From the UHGV virus genome UHGV-0208172: DNA of 45,009 bases. One strand, written 5' to 3'. The notes under the pieces are model-generated. The model ran no database searches. It saw only the letters and a list, made by a program, of their open reading frames with translations, and was not told the DNA's origin. This stretch comes from a virus. The translations under genes were made by a program, and so were the position numbers. Shown in pieces: positions 24,992 to 33,764 of the stretch; position 1 is the first letter of the stretch, and every line of letters starts with the position of its first letter.

Positions 24992-25576
24992 GTGCGCTCT
25001 GATGGTCAGACGCATATGCAAGGGGATTCTATGAAGCTGAAACTTAAGCAGCCATCGCCAGAGGTGGTGCAAGCTGCACATGAAGAAGCTGTTAGTGCAA
25101 ACCGCCGCCGTAGACGACCGCGCGGCAAACAGAGCCTTTATCAATCATCCCGTAATTCCGCCGCGTTGTGGGACCCGGACTATTGCGACGCGTTAATCGA
25201 GTTCTTCGACCGCACGTCATGGGAACTTGTGCCTACGTCTAAGGGTGATAAACGCCCGCTGATTCAGGATAAGCCCCCGTCTCTGGCCCGCTTTGCCTTA
25301 CACATCGGCGTCACTATCCCGATTATTAAGCTGTGGTTGCGAGAGATTCCCGCATTTGCAGAAGCCTGGGAGACCGCACAGGCACTGGAAGAGGCATACT
25401 TCACTGAGACCGGGGCCGCGGGTATATCCGCTACGTTTGCCGCTGCGAAACTGGGCCTAAGCAAAGAAAAACCGGTTGAATCCACCGAAGAAACAGCACC
25501 GACTGAGATTATTTTCAGTGTCGCAGAGCCTGTAGGTAAAATTGTAACAACGAACATGGGCGAGGTAGAGGAATGA
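24992..25576 (+). CDS. terminase small subunit (likely start ATG 25031)
   Basis: HTH-like SLARFALHIGVTIPIIKLWLRE; immediately upstream of and overlapping TerL; RBS AAGGGGA before 25031. Confidence 0.75.
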   Translation: MRSDGQTHMQGDSMKLKLKQPSPEVVQAAHEEAVSANRRRRRPRGKQSLYQSSRNSAALWDPDYCDALIEFFDRTSWELVPTSKGDKRPLIQDKPPSLARFALHIGVTIPIIKLWLREIPAFAEAWETAQALEEAYFTETGAAGISATFAAAKLGLSKEKPVESTEETAPTEIIFSVAEPVGKIVTTNMGEVEE

Positions 25577-26823
25577 GTATTCAGCTATCCGCACCACAGG
25601 CGCTGTTCCTGAACTGCAATAATAAATACAAAGCCTATGTTGGTGGCTTCGGCAGCGGCAAGACATTTGTCGGCTGCCTCGACCTGCTTACGTTCATGCT
25701 CAAGCACCCCGGTACGCGACTCGGATACTTCGGCCCTACGTACCCGGCTATCCGCGACATCTTCTACCCGACATTCGAGGAAGCAGCGAACCTGCTTGGC
25801 CTTGATGTGCTGGTTAAATCCGGCGACAAAGAAGTCGTGGTTACTCGTGGTAAGACGGTTCTCGGGACCGTCATCTGCCGTTCGATGGATAACCCCGGCT
25901 CTATCGTCGGCTTCAAAATCGCTGCTGCAGTCGTCGATGAGTTGGACGTATTGAGCCGCGAGAAGGCTGAGCTGGCGTGGAACAAAATCGTCGCCCGTAT
26001 GCGTCTGGTTATCCCTGGTGTAACTAACCACATCTCCGTTACCACGACGCCAGAAGGGTTCAAGTTCGTCTATGCCAAGTTCAAAGAGAACCCGACTCCG
26101 AGTTACTCGATGGTGCAGGCGTCCACTCACGAGAACGCGCGATTCCTGCCTCCGGATTACATTAGCTCGCTGACTGAGACTTACCCCGCGCAACTGATTA
26201 ACGCGTATCTGAATGGGGAGTTCGTCAACCTGACATCCGGCAGCGTCTACTACGCCTACGACCGCCGTAAGCATCGCAGCAAAGAGACAATTCAACCTGG
26301 CGACACGCTGTACATCGGGCAGGACTTCAACGTTACGAAGAACGCCAGCGCCGTGTATGTGCAACGTAAAGACGGCTGGCACGCAGTAGCAGAACTGAAA
26401 GGCCTGTTCGATACGCCGGACACCGTGCGCGTAATTACTGAGAAGTGGAAGTCGCAAGGCCATCGCATCGTCGTTTACCCTGACGCCAGCGGCAAGAACC
26501 GCAAGACCAACTCGGCATCAATCTCAGATATTGCGTTACTCCAGCAGGCCGGGTTCGATGTTCGCGCTAAATCTGCCAACCCTCCGGTTAAAGACCGTGT
26601 TTTAGCCGTGAATACCGCACTGGAAAAAGGTAAGCTGTGGGTTAACGACCACTTATGCCCCGAGATAGCGAAGACGCTGGAGCAGCAGGCATACGACGAT
26701 AACGGAGAGCCGGCCAAAGACGGCGTTATTGACCATATGGCGGATGCTCTCGGCTATCCTGTAGTTTACGAGATGCCTGTGGTTAAACCCGTAATCAACA
26801 TCCCGGTGACTTTCGCACTTTAA
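25573..26823 (+). CDS. terminase large subunit
   Basis: Walker A GGFGSGKT near N-terminus; 416 aa; followed by portal gene. Confidence 0.85.
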   Translation: MSIQLSAPQALFLNCNNKYKAYVGGFGSGKTFVGCLDLLTFMLKHPGTRLGYFGPTYPAIRDIFYPTFEEAANLLGLDVLVKSGDKEVVVTRGKTVLGTVICRSMDNPGSIVGFKIAAAVVDELDVLSREKAELAWNKIVARMRLVIPGVTNHISVTTTPEGFKFVYAKFKENPTPSYSMVQASTHENARFLPPDYISSLTETYPAQLINAYLNGEFVNLTSGSVYYAYDRRKHRSKETIQPGDTLYIGQDFNVTKNASAVYVQRKDGWHAVAELKGLFDTPDTVRVITEKWKSQGHRIVVYPDASGKNRKTNSASISDIALLQQAGFDVRAKSANPPVKDRVLAVNTALEKGKLWVNDHLCPEIAKTLEQQAYDDNGEPAKDGVIDHMADALGYPVVYEMPVVKPVINIPVTFAL

Positions 26824-26835
26824 GAGGATTATTCA

Positions 26836-28317
26836 ATGTTAACTATGAACGGTCAGAATCAGGGTGTTAAGACAAAACACCGGGAATGGCTGCATCACTT
26901 CGATAAATGGCAGAAGGTACGCCACGCGCTGGAAGGCGACCTTATTCACTATCTCCGTAACGTCGGGAAGAACGAGCCTGACCCGACCTACGCGGCACAG
27001 CGACAGGAAGAATACGAGAACGGCGCTATCTGCTACAACTTCACTAAACGTACCCTGGCTGGGATGGTGGGGTCAGTGATGCGCAAAGACCCTGAGCAGA
27101 TTATCCCGCCTGAGCTTGAGTACCTGTTACGCAATGCCGACGGTTCCGGTGTCGGACTGTGGCAGCACGCGCAGGATACGCTAATGGAGATTGACTCGGT
27201 AGGCCGTGGTGGGTTGCTGGTGGACGCGCCGGAGACTGCTGCGGCAACGGCAGCCGAACAGAACGCGGGATTATTAAACCCGGTCATCGCATTCTACACC
27301 GCAGAGAACATCATCAACTGGCGACTGACACGCATCGGTTCTGTTAACCGGGTGACGATGGTCGTGTTGCGCGAGGTGTGGGAATACTCGGAACCGGGCG
27401 CGGAGTTCGAAACAAAGTTCGGTGAGCAATACCGCGTTCTCGATTTGATTGACGGGCGCTACCGCCAGCGTATTTACCGCTTCGATGCCGAAGGTGGCGC
27501 TCAGGGTGAAGTAAAAGAAATCTTCCCGGAACTTGGCGGACAGTTACGCGGCAAAATCCCGTTCACGTTCATCGGGGCGAGCAACAACGATGCCACCATT
27601 GACGACGCACCTTTGCTACCGTTAGCTGAGCTTAATATCGGGCATTTCCGCAACAGCGCCGATAATGAGGAATCCAGCTTCGTCGTGGGCCAGCCCACTC
27701 TGTTCATCGCCCCTGGTGAGAATATGAGCACGGAACAGTGGACCGAAGCCAACCCTCACGGCGTGCGCATGGGGTCGCGTTCAGGCCACAACATTGGCTA
27801 CGGCGGTAATGCGTTTCTGGTTCAGGCCGGAGAGAACAATCTCGCCAAGCAGAACATGCTGGATAAAGAGAATCAGGCCATTCAGATTGGTGCGCAGCTT
27901 ATTACCCCGACGCAGCAAATCACTGCAGAATCGGCCCGTCTGCAACGTGGCGCTGATACGTCTGTTATGGCGACAATCGCGCGTAATGTAAGCATGGCGT
28001 ATACCGATGCGTTGCGCTGGGTAGCCGCGATGCTAGGGCTGCGTGAAGGCACAGAGATTGAGTTCAAGCTGAATATGGAGTTCTTCCTGCAGCCGATGAC
28101 CGCTCAGGACCGTGCACAGTGGATGGCGGATATTAACGCGGGCCTACTACCAGCTACCGCTTATTATGCTGCGTTGCGTAAGGCGGGGGTAACCGACTGG
28201 ACCGACGAGGACATTCAGAACGCTATTGAGGATGCGCCGCTGCCGTTGGGTGCTGCTACTCCGGTAGCGGGGGAGATTCCGCAGTCGGCGCAGCAACAAG
28301 ACACCGCCCAGCAGTAA
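26836..28317 (+). CDS. portal protein
   Basis: 493-aa ORF immediately after TerL with RBS AAGAGGA; position and size typical. Confidence 0.75.
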   Translation: MLTMNGQNQGVKTKHREWLHHFDKWQKVRHALEGDLIHYLRNVGKNEPDPTYAAQRQEEYENGAICYNFTKRTLAGMVGSVMRKDPEQIIPPELEYLLRNADGSGVGLWQHAQDTLMEIDSVGRGGLLVDAPETAAATAAEQNAGLLNPVIAFYTAENIINWRLTRIGSVNRVTMVVLREVWEYSEPGAEFETKFGEQYRVLDLIDGRYRQRIYRFDAEGGAQGEVKEIFPELGGQLRGKIPFTFIGASNNDATIDDAPLLPLAELNIGHFRNSADNEESSFVVGQPTLFIAPGENMSTEQWTEANPHGVRMGSRSGHNIGYGGNAFLVQAGENNLAKQNMLDKENQAIQIGAQLITPTQQITAESARLQRGADTSVMATIARNVSMAYTDALRWVAAMLGLREGTEIEFKLNMEFFLQPMTAQDRAQWMADINAGLLPATAYYAALRKAGVTDWTDEDIQNAIEDAPLPLGAATPVAGEIPQSAQQQDTAQQ

Positions 28318-28328
28318 GTTCGCATATA

Positions 28329-28348
28329 GCCCCGAAAGGGGCTTTCTT
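28329..28348 (+). terminator. hairpin attenuator / weak terminator after portal gene
   Basis: AGCCCC-GAAA-GGGGCT followed by TTCTTA. Confidence 0.4.
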
Positions 28349-28353
28349 ATAGT

Positions 28354-29430
28354 ATGCTATTAACTTTAGTGCCACAGGATTTAACTATGAGCTTACTTAC
28401 ATCCCTAATCAGCCACCAGATATGGCTGCAACGCACCGCATCCGGTGAAGTGAAAGACCTTGCGCCGTTTCTTCAGGAAATGCGAGACGAAATCAAACGG
28501 CAGGTGCTGTTATTCGGCGACGACGGTCGCAGCACTGCGCGACTGAATAAATTGTTACGCGACCTGGAAGAAGCACTGAGCGGACTTACAGGCGACTGGC
28601 AAACAAAGCTGACAGAAGACCTTAAAGAACTGGCGGCGTATGAAGCGGAGTGGAATGTAAAAACGCTGACGGCTAACGTAGACGCGGAATTTGTTACGCC
28701 CACTGCTGAACAGGTGTGGGCCGCTGCCGAGTTTCAACCATTATCGTTAGGTGACAAGCCAGTCGACTTCACTAAGCTGATGGCAGGCTGGGGTGAAACA
28801 GAAGTCGCGCGCCTTGTAACCGGTGTTAAGATGGGTTTCGTTCAAGGCCTGACAACGCGGCAGATTGTTAAGAATGTCGTAGGCGCTGGCGGGCTGGCGG
28901 ACATCTCTGAGCGTAACGCAGCTACTGTAATCCGCACCGCGCTGTCCCATGTATCTAACGAAGCACGCAACGAGACGTACCGCCAGAACGACGACATCAT
29001 CGAGAAATATGAATGGGTGTCAACGCTGGACAGCCGTACCAGTACGATTTGCAGAGCCAAGGACGGTATGAAGTGGGAAATTGGTAAGGGGCCGATGCCC
29101 CCCGCCCATCCGAACTGTCGAAGTACCACTGCACCCGTAATCAGTTCGGAGTTCGACTTCCTGGATAAAGGCGCAAAACGCGCGGCTAAGGGCGCAGACG
29201 GCGGTACTCAGGTAAGCGCGGACACCACCTATTACGAGTTCCTGAAACAACAACCGGCATGGTTTCAGGATGAAGCACTCGGGCCAACCCGCGGTAAGAT
29301 TTTCCGCAACAGCGGTATATCGCCAGAAGAGTTTCGCGTAATATCTGTAGATGGTTTCGGGAATCCGCTCACGCTTAAGCAGATGGCGGAACTCGATAAA
29401 CGTGTTGCTGATTATCTGAAAGGGGATTAA
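28354..29430 (+). CDS. head morphogenesis protein (Mu F / SPP1 gp7-like by position)
   Basis: 358-aa ORF following portal; alternative start ATG 28387. Confidence 0.6.
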   Translation: MLLTLVPQDLTMSLLTSLISHQIWLQRTASGEVKDLAPFLQEMRDEIKRQVLLFGDDGRSTARLNKLLRDLEEALSGLTGDWQTKLTEDLKELAAYEAEWNVKTLTANVDAEFVTPTAEQVWAAAEFQPLSLGDKPVDFTKLMAGWGETEVARLVTGVKMGFVQGLTTRQIVKNVVGAGGLADISERNAATVIRTALSHVSNEARNETYRQNDDIIEKYEWVSTLDSRTSTICRAKDGMKWEIGKGPMPPAHPNCRSTTAPVISSEFDFLDKGAKRAAKGADGGTQVSADTTYYEFLKQQPAWFQDEALGPTRGKIFRNSGISPEEFRVISVDGFGNPLTLKQMAELDKRVADYLKGD

Positions 29431-29891
29431 TGATGGGCTTTTTCAAAGTAACTGATGTGCCGTCGCGTCGTGTAGTCCAGTACGCCCGCGTGTCTGGCTC
29501 CGGTGAGAACGTGGTATTTATTGAGGACGAAAGTGTACTTGGTACACCGGTAGACGACATGCCGTTTGCGGATAAAACCGGTATCGCGCTACCAGCGGCG
29601 GGCATGCTTTACGAGATTCCGTATCTGGCGGACGCTGGCGACGTATACTTCTCTGTGCAACCGAAAGACGCTGAACTGGCAGACGGCAGCGCAACTATCC
29701 CTGTTGAGGTTAAGGCAGGCAAAGCGCCGTATACTCTGACCTGGTACAAAGACGGTAAGGAAGTGGTAAACGCTCCGGAAGAGGCATTGTCTCTGACGGT
29801 TAATGCAGTTGGCGAATACTTCGTTAAAGTCGCCGATGCTGACGGCGTAGAGGCGGTAAGCAAAGCGGCGAAGGTTACTAAGCCAGAATGA
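29430..29891 (+). CDS. Ig-like domain-containing protein (possible capsid decoration)
   Basis: 153 aa; C-terminal YTLTWYKDGKEV...GEYFVKV I-set-like signature. Confidence 0.55.
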   Translation: MMGFFKVTDVPSRRVVQYARVSGSGENVVFIEDESVLGTPVDDMPFADKTGIALPAAGMLYEIPYLADAGDVYFSVQPKDAELADGSATIPVEVKAGKAPYTLTWYKDGKEVVNAPEEALSLTVNAVGEYFVKVADADGVEAVSKAAKVTKPE

Positions 29892-29893
29892 TA

Positions 29894-29916
29894 AAAGGCC
29901 CCATTATGGGGCCTTA
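29894..29916. terminator. bidirectional terminator (AAGGCCCC-ATTAT-GGGGCCTT)
   Basis: Hairpin between convergent + packaging genes and - moron; same family as 5535 and 37986. Confidence 0.6.
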
Positions 29917-30212
29917 ACTTTCCATACTTCCCTTAGCGCTACGAGTTTATGATTACCAATATCCCTTGATATTATTGAATCTGTAAAACCATTGAACCAT
30001 GATTTCATCCAGTCAGACGTTCTGAAATCGGCGTACAGAATATGTATTGTTTGCGGAGTGTCAACGTCGTAATGTTGGCACACATAAACACATCCGCTGG
30101 CGAATATAACAGCTTTAAACGTATCGTAGTCTTCTGAATCCGGGAACTCGCTGGAGTCCCCAACAAGATACCTGTACGCGTATTTTTTAGTAGTCTTCTT
30201 TCTTTTCCGCAT
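29904..30212 (-). CDS. hypothetical protein (102 aa), moron gene
   Basis: Track ORF; last codons lie within terminator hairpin. Confidence 0.45.
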   Translation of the reverse strand: MRKRKKTTKKYAYRYLVGDSSEFPDSEDYDTFKAVIFASGCVYVCQHYDVDTPQTIHILYADFRTSDWMKSWFNGFTDSIISRDIGNHKLVALREVWKVKAP

Positions 30213-30221
30213 AGTACTTTC

Positions 30222-30461
30222 TCAGAAGTGCCTGACGGGTTGTTTAAACTTCCAGTCACAATCTACCTGTTTAATAGCGCCTTTTGCAACAAGGCTGTCT
30301 ATGAAATCCTGGCCCGAATTCGTCTTGTACCACGTATATCTGTTCCCGACTTTTACTCCAGGTAGGCTGTGATACACAACGGCATCAACCACCATAAAAG
30401 AGACACCGATAGCCCCTTTCTCTGCATATAGTTTTTTGCTCACACTGCTCATGTAGCGCAT
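30222..30461 (-). CDS. hypothetical protein (79 aa), moron gene
   Basis: Track ORF in reverse 3-gene operon. Confidence 0.45.
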   Translation of the reverse strand: MRYMSSVSKKLYAEKGAIGVSFMVVDAVVYHSLPGVKVGNRYTWYKTNSGQDFIDSLVAKGAIKQVDCDWKFKQPVRHF

Positions 30462-30493
30462 CTCCCACGTAGATAGTTAGTAAGGTAAAGCCC

Positions 30494-30679
30494 TTAGGCC
30501 TTACGAATTGTATATCCATACCCGAGGTAGCCGTTTTTCTCTTGCATAGCGGAGGCGCGCAACATAGCAGCATTCTCGCCTTTTACTACAGCGACCACAT
30601 AATCCGTAGAGTCTGGGCCGTTTTCCACAACTTCATACGCCTGTACGTTCTTGGTGGTAAGTTCATATGTGTTAGTCAT
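30494..30679 (-). CDS. hypothetical protein (61 aa), moron gene
   Basis: First gene after class A promoter; RBS AAGGAA. Confidence 0.5.
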   Translation of the reverse strand: MTNTYELTTKNVQAYEVVENGPDSTDYVVAVVKGENAAMLRASAMQEKNGYLGYGYTIRKA

Positions 30680-30713
30680 TTCTAAATTCCTTATCTCTCG
30701 TTTCGATAAGTGA

Positions 30714-30742
30714 ATAGTATCCTATTATGTTGGGGTGTGCAA
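30714..30742 (-). promoter_or_regulatory. sigma70-like early promoter (class A: TTGCAC-N17-TACTAT), reverse orientation
   Basis: Read on - strand: TTGCAC ACCCCAACATAATAGGA TACTAT TCACTTATCGAAACGAGAGATAAGGAA...ATG. Confidence 0.6.
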
Positions 30743-30794
30743 ACTATTTGTTTACGTATTCCATATATTCCGCCTAATTGTAAATGTTGGAATA

Positions 30795-30837
30795 AACTAT
30801 TCGAATAGTTGACTTTTCACTGAAAATATGCTAAGCT
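30795..30837 (+). promoter_or_regulatory. putative rightward promoter (TTGACT-N17-TAAGCT) overlapped by perfect 16-bp palindrome AACTATTCGAATAGTT
   Basis: Palindrome 30795-30810 overlaps the -35 hexamer (30809-30814). Confidence 0.45.
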
Positions 30838-31016
30838 CCACCTGAGCTTGTGAAGTATGAACAAGCGACCGCGGCGCGGGCAGGTAACGGAGCGGGACGT
30901 AAGTCCTGAGTGTAGTTACGCTGACGCGTTCGGAAGGGCCATACTCTATTGCTTGTGTAAAAAGTAACTGGTTTACTGAGATTACGCCGTTTCTATGTTT
31001 AAATGATAAGGACTAG

Positions 31017-31039
31017 CGCCCCGCTTTAAGGCGGGGCTT
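31017..31039 (+). terminator. hairpin terminator/attenuator about 25 nt upstream of the spanin start codon
   Basis: GCCCCGC-TTTAAG-GCGGGGC followed by TTT. Confidence 0.45.
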
Positions 31040-31061
31040 TACTTATCGAGAAAGGAGAAAC

Positions 31062-31448
31062 ATGAATCTTAAAGCAACTGTCGTAGCAGGAGCATGTTCC
31101 ATCATCCTGGTCTACGCATACGGCATCTATCAGTACCGCAGCGGCTGGAGTGAAGGTCGGGCGAATCTCGTTTCGCAGCAACAGCAGAAAGCACTGGCCG
31201 AATTAGCTAAGAAAACACAACGGCAGCAGCAGGATGAATCAAAGGCCGCAGCCGCTGACAACGAAGGCAAGACGAAATCAGAGGTAATCACCCGTGAAGT
31301 CGTTAAGTACATTAAAACGCCTGGCCGCAGCGTGTGCGCTTTTGACCCTGAGCGCGTGCAGCTCAAGTCCCGCGCCGTCGCCAACGCCAATTCCATCCCC
31401 GGATACGACGATGATGCAGCCGCCGTGCAAGCTGGCCCCGCCAAGTAG
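31062..31448 (+). CDS. i-spanin (Rz-like inner membrane spanin)
   Basis: 128 aa; N-terminal TM VVAGACSIILVYAYGIY, Gln/Ala-rich coiled-coil; RBS AAGGAG; overlapped by embedded lipoprotein gene. Confidence 0.75.
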   Translation: MNLKATVVAGACSIILVYAYGIYQYRSGWSEGRANLVSQQQQKALAELAKKTQRQQQDESKAAAADNEGKTKSEVITREVVKYIKTPGRSVCAFDPERVQLKSRAVANANSIPGYDDDAAAVQAGPAK

Positions 31449-31557
31449 CGACGCTGACGAGGACTTAGCTATTGACGTTCAGAATGCCGAATGTGTACGG
31501 CAACTGAGACTGAAAGTGTTCATGTTGCAGGATTACGTGAGGAATATTCTGGAATAG
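31294..31557 (+). CDS. o-spanin (Rz1-like outer membrane lipoprotein)
   Basis: 87 aa; lipobox LTLSAC, Pro-rich; overlaps the i-spanin 3' end in another frame and extends beyond it; GTG start with GAGGT RBS. Confidence 0.7.
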   Translation: MKSLSTLKRLAAACALLTLSACSSSPAPSPTPIPSPDTTMMQPPCKLAPPSSDADEDLAIDVQNAECVRQLRLKVFMLQDYVRNILE

Positions 31558-31585
31558 TTGCCTTGCATGTTGGAATAATTTATTC

Positions 31586-32344
31586 TTGACATGTAAATCC
31601 GGGTGGCCCGGGTTCCAACGTCCAGGGGACATACTGACTATGAATCGTTTTTTACGTTATCCGTTCCAGGAAGAAGCTGGGGCAGAAGATAAATCTGGCG
31701 GCGGTGACGCGCCGAAAATGTTCACCGCTGAAGAAGTTCAGGCGCTGATCGAGAAAGAAGTTGCCGGGCTTAAGGCTAACCAGGAAGCGTTGTTGGCGGA
31801 GAAGAAAGAAGCCGCTCGTAAAGCAAAAGAGGCCGAAGAAGAGCGGCAGCGCGCACATCAGGAGGCTTTAAAAGCCGCTGGTAAGATGGACGAGTTCGAA
31901 AAGACGATTCGTAGCCAGTATGACCCGGTGTTAGCTGAGAAAGATGGTCGCATCTCCAGAATGGCAGAGCGCATCCTCGGCAGCGAACGTAAAGCGGTGT
32001 TAGGCTCTTTCGCTGGTGACTTTATTACCCCGGAAGCAGTGGACATCCTCGCACCGTTCGTTAAGACTGAGTTCGACGGCGATGATGTGGTTACTAAGTT
32101 TGTCGGCGCAGACGGTAACGTAATCACGACTGACCCGGAACAGTTCCGCAAATACCTGCGTGAACATAAAGCGTTTTCGCATTTGATTAAAGCAAATGCA
32201 GCTTCCGGCGGCGGGGCTTCCGGTAGCAAAGGCGGCGGGGCCGCACCAGCGTTTAAAGACATGAGTGAAGCAGAGCGTATCGCTCTGTACGAATCGAACC
32301 CTGCCGAATTTGAACGGCAACTTAAAGCCCTGAGGAAAAAATAA
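31586..32344 (+). CDS. capsid scaffolding protein (likely start ATG 31640)
   Basis: Ala/Glu/Lys-rich, coiled-coil character; immediately upstream of major capsid gene. Confidence 0.65.
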   Translation: MTCKSGWPGFQRPGDILTMNRFLRYPFQEEAGAEDKSGGGDAPKMFTAEEVQALIEKEVAGLKANQEALLAEKKEAARKAKEAEEERQRAHQEALKAAGKMDEFEKTIRSQYDPVLAEKDGRISRMAERILGSERKAVLGSFAGDFITPEAVDILAPFVKTEFDGDDVVTKFVGADGNVITTDPEQFRKYLREHKAFSHLIKANAASGGGASGSKGGGAAPAFKDMSEAERIALYESNPAEFERQLKALRKK

Positions 32345-33393
32345 TGGCAATTACTACTATCGGCGACATCGTAACTGGTAAAGAATCGGTCATTCTGTCT
32401 TACATGACAGAGGACCCGGTAGAGAAAACCGCGTTCTTCCAGTCCGGTATCCTTACCCCGACTCCGTACGCCGCTGCTATCGCAAACGGCCCATCCAACA
32501 AAGCTGTTCTGCCGTACTGGAAAGCGATTGATACCTCTATCGAGCCGAACTACTCGAACGATGTATATCAGGACGTCGCTACCCCGCGTAACGTGCAGAC
32601 CGGTGAGATGATGGCGCGCGTAGCGTACCTGAACGAAGGTTTCGGCCAGGCGGACCTGACTGTAGAACTGACCAGCCAGAACCCGCTGCAATCTGTAGCG
32701 TCCCGTCTGGATAACTTCTGGCAGCGTCAGGCACAACGTCGTCTGATTGCCACTACGCTCGGCCTGTACAACGACAACGTTGCCGCGACCGATGCTTACC
32801 ACGAGCAGAATGACATGGTTGTAGACGTGTCTGCTACTCTTGGCTTCGACTCTGGTGCGTTCATCGATGCTACCCAGACTATGGGTGACGCTCTGATTGG
32901 CAACGGAGGTGAAGTGTTGGGTGCTATCGCGATGCACAGCTTCGTTTATGCGCAGGCTCGTAAGCAGCAGCTTATCGACTTCATCCGTGACGCTGACAAC
33001 AACACCATGTTCGCCACCTACCAGGGCTATCGTGTGATTGTTGACGACAGCATGACCGTAGTCGGTACAGGTGGCGACCGTAAGTTCATCTCCATCATCT
33101 TCGGCAACGGCGCTATCGGTTACGGGGAAGGCAACCCGACCAATCCGCTGGCCTATGAGCGCGAAGAGTCTCGCGGTAACGGTGGCGGTGTAGAAACCCT
33201 GTGGACCCGTAAGACTTGGTTGCTGCACCCGTTTGGCTACAGCTTCACCAGCGCGGTAATCACCGGCAACGGCACCGAGACCGTCGCACGCTCTGCTTCC
33301 TGGCAGGACCTGGCGAACGCCTCCAACTGGAACCGCGTTGTTGAGCGTAAGCATGTACCGATTGCCTTCCTGGTAACTGGTGTCGGTGCTTAA
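32344..33393 (+). CDS. major capsid protein
   Basis: 349 aa; RBS GAGGAAAAAA; follows scaffold; followed by hairpin terminator typical of abundant capsid mRNA. Confidence 0.75.
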   Translation: MAITTIGDIVTGKESVILSYMTEDPVEKTAFFQSGILTPTPYAAAIANGPSNKAVLPYWKAIDTSIEPNYSNDVYQDVATPRNVQTGEMMARVAYLNEGFGQADLTVELTSQNPLQSVASRLDNFWQRQAQRRLIATTLGLYNDNVAATDAYHEQNDMVVDVSATLGFDSGAFIDATQTMGDALIGNGGEVLGAIAMHSFVYAQARKQQLIDFIRDADNNTMFATYQGYRVIVDDSMTVVGTGGDRKFISIIFGNGAIGYGEGNPTNPLAYEREESRGNGGGVETLWTRKTWLLHPFGYSFTSAVITGNGTETVARSASWQDLANASNWNRVVERKHVPIAFLVTGVGA

Positions 33394-33410
33394 GGTTAAG
33401 CTATAATCGA

Positions 33411-33433
33411 GAGGGACTTCGGTCCCTCTTTTC
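33411..33433 (+). terminator. rho-independent terminator/attenuator after major capsid gene
   Basis: GAGGGAC-TTCG-GTCCCTC followed by TTTTC. Confidence 0.6.
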
Positions 33434-33452
33434 ATTTACTAAGAGGTAAATT

Positions 33453-33752
33453 ATGGCTAAGACCGGAAAAGGCTTACCGCGCAGCCTTCAGAACGTTGAC
33501 TTTAGCGACCTAGATATCCCAGTGACGCCTGCTACTACCAGCGTAGTTGGTGGGGTTAAAAAGTCAGCTACTGTAGCTGCACCCGCGGCCATTACTGCCG
33601 CTGCCGGAGTTCAGGCCGCCGCAGACCCGACTAAGGCAGAGTTTGATGCGCTTGTAGCGGAGTACAATAAACTCCGAACCGATGTTACCGCGCTGCGCAC
33701 TACCGTAGCGAACCTGTTAACCGCGCTTAAAAACGCAGGAACTGTAAGCTAA
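33453..33752 (+). CDS. hypothetical structural protein (Ala-rich)
   Basis: 99 aa; RBS AAGAGG; in head module. Confidence 0.5.
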   Translation: MAKTGKGLPRSLQNVDFSDLDIPVTPATTSVVGGVKKSATVAAPAAITAAAGVQAAADPTKAEFDALVAEYNKLRTDVTALRTTVANLLTALKNAGTVS

Positions 33753-33764
33753 AGGAGCTTAAAA

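Noticed and set aside
31858-33435. 525-aa ORF on the - strand antisense to scaffold and major capsid genes
   Set aside because: Lies entirely opposite strongly supported structural genes, has no RBS or promoter context, and its composition (Arg/Ser/Val-rich) is typical of a shadow ORF.
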